DNA of 64,000 nucleotides from Spizellomyces punctatus DAOM BR117 (taxonomy: Eukaryota), in NCBI GenBank assembly GCA_000182565.2, contig KQ257456.1, one strand, 5' to 3'. Shown piece by piece: positions 59,267 to 64,000 of this stretch (its first letter is position 1; every line of letters starts with the position of its first letter). The position numbers were made by a program, and so were the translations under genes. The notes below the pieces were generated by a model that had not been told where the DNA came from, did not search any database, and worked only from the letters and a program-made list of their open reading frames with translations.

Positions 59267-62200
59267 TCAGACTTCTTGCCCAGCGGCCTGCTTGTTCACT
59301 TTCAAACCCCCAAAATCGTCTTTGCGAACCCTCCGCAACGCTTTGAACACCCGCAAGGACATGCGCACATCCTTTATTGCCCAGTCCCATTCCATACGTT
59401 GTTGGGAACACGGATTAACAACCGTACGTTCTCGCTCCCATCTTGGGACACCGCAACAGTCAGGTATGATACGAATTAGCTGTAGAGGGTGAACAAGATG
59501 AGTTTTGTTCTTTGACAAACAATGACAAGCCGAATCAACATACCAGCCCAGCGATGAGAGAGATGGATCCGAAAGCGACGCTGAAGAGCCATAGTGTGAT
59601 TGGTAATGGAACCGTACTAAACACTTTCCCTCCAAACTGGACAATCAAGACCTGTCCCAACACGGTGCCAACATTGACGCCCACAAAGAACTTATTTCTG
59701 AGAATCCCACGAAAAGGCACCGCAAAAGAGTCCCACAATTTCCACACCCAAGAAAGCCTCCTTCCTTGACGCCGTGCGTTACTCAGCCCATCGATCACCC
59801 GACAATTGATTTCATTAAACAATTGCATGAACACAAATGCATTGAAGCAAACCGTTTGCAAAATCGCCTTGTCGTGATCGTTTCCGTCCACGTCCAATCC
59901 CAAGAGTTTTGGACCTAGGAGAAGCAGCCCGAGTGATCCTATAATCTGCACAACAGCTTGCCCAATGATCATCTTATACATGGGAAAGGTTATCAAGCTG
60001 GCTGTGCGTTTATCGGGACGTCGGTTGAGCGATTCTTCTGTTGGGGGATCAGTCGCCAATGCCAAGGCTGCAAATGTATCCATGATGAGATTGACCCAAA
60101 GAAGTTGGACAGTGGTGAGCACAGCGGTGTTTTCAGAAGATAAAAGGGCGGAGATGAACGTCAAGAGGACCGCAGTGATGTTTACGGTCAATTGAAATTG
60201 GAGGAACTTGCGAACAGCGTCGTTCACGGCTCGGCCCCACATGATAGCTTTGATGATTGAGATGAAGGAATCATCCAACATGACGACATCCGAGGCTTCT
60301 TTTGCAACCTATCATAGCGAAGAAATTAAACAAGAGTCCAGAAAGAGCAAAACGTTGATATATACCTCTGTCCCGCTTCCCATACTGAATCCTACATCCG
60401 CCAAATGCAGGGCAGGTGCATCGTTCGTCCCGTCTACATCAAGATCATTGCAAACATGTAAGAATACACTGGTAACAAGCCGAAGCTAATGTCACAACGT
60501 ACCACCAGTCACAGCTACCACTTGACCCATTTTCTTCAACCACTCTACTAACAGTCTCTTATCCGTAGGTGATGACCGAGCCAGGACTTGAAGCTTTGGG
60601 ATGAGCGCCTGCATTTTGTCGTCGGACAGCTCCCGAAAGTCATGACTGTAAAGAAAAATGTCAGAAACATAAAGCGATTCCCGTAACCAAAGCAAAATGT
60701 TAACCTACCCTTCGATGCATAACCCGCCACGAGTGTATATACCGCATTTGCGTGCAATAGCTTGGGCCGTTACAAGATTGTCACCCGTCACCTAAACAAG
60801 ACATTGACATGAGGCAACGGACTTTGTGGCATACTATGTGGGACGTGACTAACCATCCGGACAATAACGCCTGCTTTCCGGCATTTTTTGACGGCATCTA
60901 GCACGCCTTCGCGTAGAGGATCTTCGATCCCAACGAATCCGATGAGAACGAGGTCACTCATATCGGCTTCTTGGTCGCCTTCAGTGGGTTCGGTGCTCTT
61001 GCCCTGGGTCTTCGGTTGGTTTGGTTGAGCGTCTGAAGGGTTTTCGCCGTTTCTTTGGTCTTTTTTAGTTATGGGCTTCTCCCTTTTGCTGTTGGATTCG
61101 TTGTCGCTATCATCCATTTCTTCGTCAGTCTGGATAGCTTCATCTTTGGTTGTGACTGCTCCATTCGCGTCCTCTTTCTCTGTTTCCTTCACATCGCTGC
61201 TTCTCTTGACGGACTTTTGCTTCTTGTTTTTTCGCTTTTTATTACTTTCCTTTCCAGGTTCTTGTCTCCGATTTTCATTTTCCACCGGTTTATCATCCGT
61301 TTTTGTATTCAATTTCTTGTTCGTCTCTCCGGATTCTTCATCTGGTTTATTGCTCTTCTTCTCGTTCGCCTTTCCATCTTTTTTGTTGCCGGAATGTTTC
61401 GGTTTTTCGTTTGGCGGGTTACCGCTGACATCTTTGTACGCCAGTAAAATAATCCTCAGAGCATCCTCTGCGTACCTCCTCATAATTTTCCTGAATTTCT
61501 CTCTGGCTTCCTCGTCCAAGGGTTTCGGAGCTTCACCCTGCGCTTCCAGGTACATCGTACAATCTCCCAAAAGACATTCGGCGGCACCTTTAACGTACAG
61601 CCGTTGGGTACCATCGTGATTGATAAGGGTAGCTTCGCATTTCTTTTGAGAACTGAATGGATATTTGTGGATGATGTTTGCTTTTTCTCGCACCTCTGTG
61701 TACTCGGTACCAAGTTCGCGTGCCAGTTGAAGGAGGGCAACGTCCGTGCGCGAACCTATAAATGTTAAATTCTTGGATTTGTTGGTATCCTTTGGATGGT
61801 CTCCTTGGGCATTGTCATTGGATGAATGCGTATCGCCATCTCGTTCATTGTTAGTACCCTCCGAGTTATCATCAGCGTCTTCCTCTTCGAATGCAGTGGA
61901 GTTGATTGAAATACTCTCAGTGACTAAGGACAATAGTTCGTCTCCTAATCGTTCTTTGAAATGGGAAATACGGTGTTGGGAGCTATGGTGCTGATTTGCA
62001 TCTCCTTCACTGCCACTGCTTGTCGGAGACTCTGGACTTCCATTCGTTTCGACATGCTGATCATGGTCATCTTCGGAAGGACGTTGCTGTTTGCGTGGGG
62101 GTAAAAGTTCCACTCCCCCAATTTTCGCTCTGACAACGGTCATCTCATTTTGAGTAAGGGTTCCAGTCTTGTCCGAGCAAATTGTTGTTGCGCTTCCCAT

Positions 62201-63965
62201 CGTCTCGCTAAAAACGAGAGCAGGCATATCAGAGAAAGATTAAACCGTGATTGTTTTAATGTGAGCGTATTTCAACATACCAAGCAGAAAGAACTCTAAC
62301 TAAATTTCCATCCGTCATCATTCTGGTCGTAGCATATGCCAACGCAATGGTTACGGCCATAGGGAGACCTTCCGGAACAGCGACGACCACAATCGTTATA
62401 CTCTGGATCACGATGGCCACAATAGCGCTGACAATGTTAACGGCGGGAGGGATGTCCTTGTCTCGCTGGCTGGGTGGTGTATGTTGCCGCGTGACGAAAT
62501 ACTTTATCAAAAGAGTGCTGTAGGTGGGCAAATGTGGTCAGTCGATGCGACCCAATTTTCAATGATCAAATGACAAAAGTATTGATCCTCACATGAGCAT
62601 TAGGATTGCTGCTGCGATGCCGAATTTGGCGATGCGCTCTGCCAAAGCCTGTAGCTTTTCTTGAAGCGGTGTAGCAGCATTTGCATCATCGTCGCGAATT
62701 GACTGGTGAATTACCATCATCGCTGCGTGAGCAGGTCTCGCAGGTGTAAACTCCAAACGACCTTGCATCACGTACCATCATAGCACTACCCATGACCGAT
62801 TTTTGCCCTGAATGTTCGCAAACCCGCCAGAAACCATGTCAACATTCTCATTTGTAGGCCAACACACGTAGCAACCTACCGACGCAACAGACGACTCCTC
62901 TCCCCATTCCCTCCTGGATCCTACTACCACTCAACAAGACGACATCCTCACCGATCTTCTTCTGAGTACTCTCACTCTCCCCCGTAGAACTTGATTCGTC
63001 CACTTTGAGCTCCGATCCACGGACCAGGAGACAATCTGCGGCTAGGATTTCACCAGAATCGAGAAGGTAAATGTCCCCAACAACTAATGAGGTGCTTGGA
63101 ATCGTCACTTCCTTGCCGGATCGAAGGACTTTGACTTTCCGATCACTCTTTTTTGCGTTCAGTTTCCGGAATTGGCGTTCTTTTTGGTCTTAATGACGAA
63201 TACTTTGGTCAGTGCGCATCCCAACAATAGCTCTTTCCATATCTCACGTACAATCGTTCACAGAGTTTGTCAAGACCACGACCAAGACCGCGACCAGGAT
63301 TCCCGCTCCATCGACCCATCCAACGCTAACAGATTCCGAAAGTTAATACTTGGGGTCGTTCCATAGGAAGCGAAAAGGGCCCCGTATACCCACCGAGGCT
63401 CCTCTGGATCATGTAGTCCTACAATGTAGACAGTCAATGGCGAATCAACCGAGAACAACATTGGGCGGCACAATTCACCAACCAGAAAAATAATCCTCCC
63501 ATATACCAATCCCCAGTGAAATGAGTGCCGCTATGCTCAAAAGAACTGCGAAAATGTCAATGTAAACATGTTTGGAAGGTTCGGAGAGAAGCGATTCGAG
63601 TACACCTACTCAAAGTCTTATCGGACAATGCCTCCCACATGAGCTTACAAAATGGTTTTGATTTCGCTTCTGGAAGTACCTATACACTATGTCAATCCCA
63701 GTGTTTCAAATATGAAATGACGGCTACATACATTCTCGCCATATTCTTCTTTCCGCGACTTTTCATCCTTCTTGTCCAATCCCTTATCAGGATCCACTTT
63801 CAAGCTCTCCAAAACCCCATCAACTCCTCCCAAGTCATCAAGAAGCGCCTGATTCTTGTGGTCTTCAAATACAGCAGCGAGTTTGTCTGTTATACCAGAT
63901 GACTGATCGTTCGAGTCAGAGGAGGTCCGGACGGGATGGTAGTCGCTGCTTCGTGGGCGTGCCAT
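59267..63965 (-). CDS. PMC1: P-type IIB Ca2+-transporting ATPase (PMCA/Pmc1 type)
   Basis: [84 protein letters not shown]. Confidence 0.95.
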
Positions 63966-64000
63966 GATGGTGGAAGCATAGGACAAAGGAAACTTTGGAC

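Overview
Gene-dense, intron-rich eukaryotic DNA with short GT-AG introns, mostly about 45-80 nt. Fungal-type genes (Gcn4-like bZIP, Nif1/Dsf2 Sel1 protein, large-subunit catalase, CCLPCP-type GPCR) sit beside a ciliary RP2/ARL3-GAP gene and a villin-headpiece gene. This points to a zoosporic (chytrid-type) fungus, which is an inference. About 21 protein genes were reconstructed by hand-splicing: RP2, RMND1/DUF155, two F-box proteins, an orphan coiled-coil gene, catalase, villin/supervillin-like, SppA, GSK-3, Gcn4-like, a PY-motif membrane protein, a secreted Cys-rich protein, SDR, GT4 glycosyltransferase, arsenite methyltransferase, Nif1/Dsf2, TOM40, eIF3b, LEA-like, DUF1295, GPCR and a PMCA-type Ca-ATPase. 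The best leads are: (1) an intronless ArsM/AS3MT 254 bp downstream of a co-oriented GT4 gene, with a divergent SDR, a candidate organoarsenical tailoring cluster; (2) a box C/D RNA in an oversized eIF3b intron whose guide fits U2 snRNA C40; (3) a strong-Kozak 53-codon ORF ending 4 nt before the TOM40 start; (4) a secreted catalase with L1-type active-site motifs; (5) a PMCA keeping an animal-like calmodulin-binding tail. No rRNA, intact tRNA, CRISPR array or intact transposon was recognised. Exon boundaries and family calls are by eye, without database searches.
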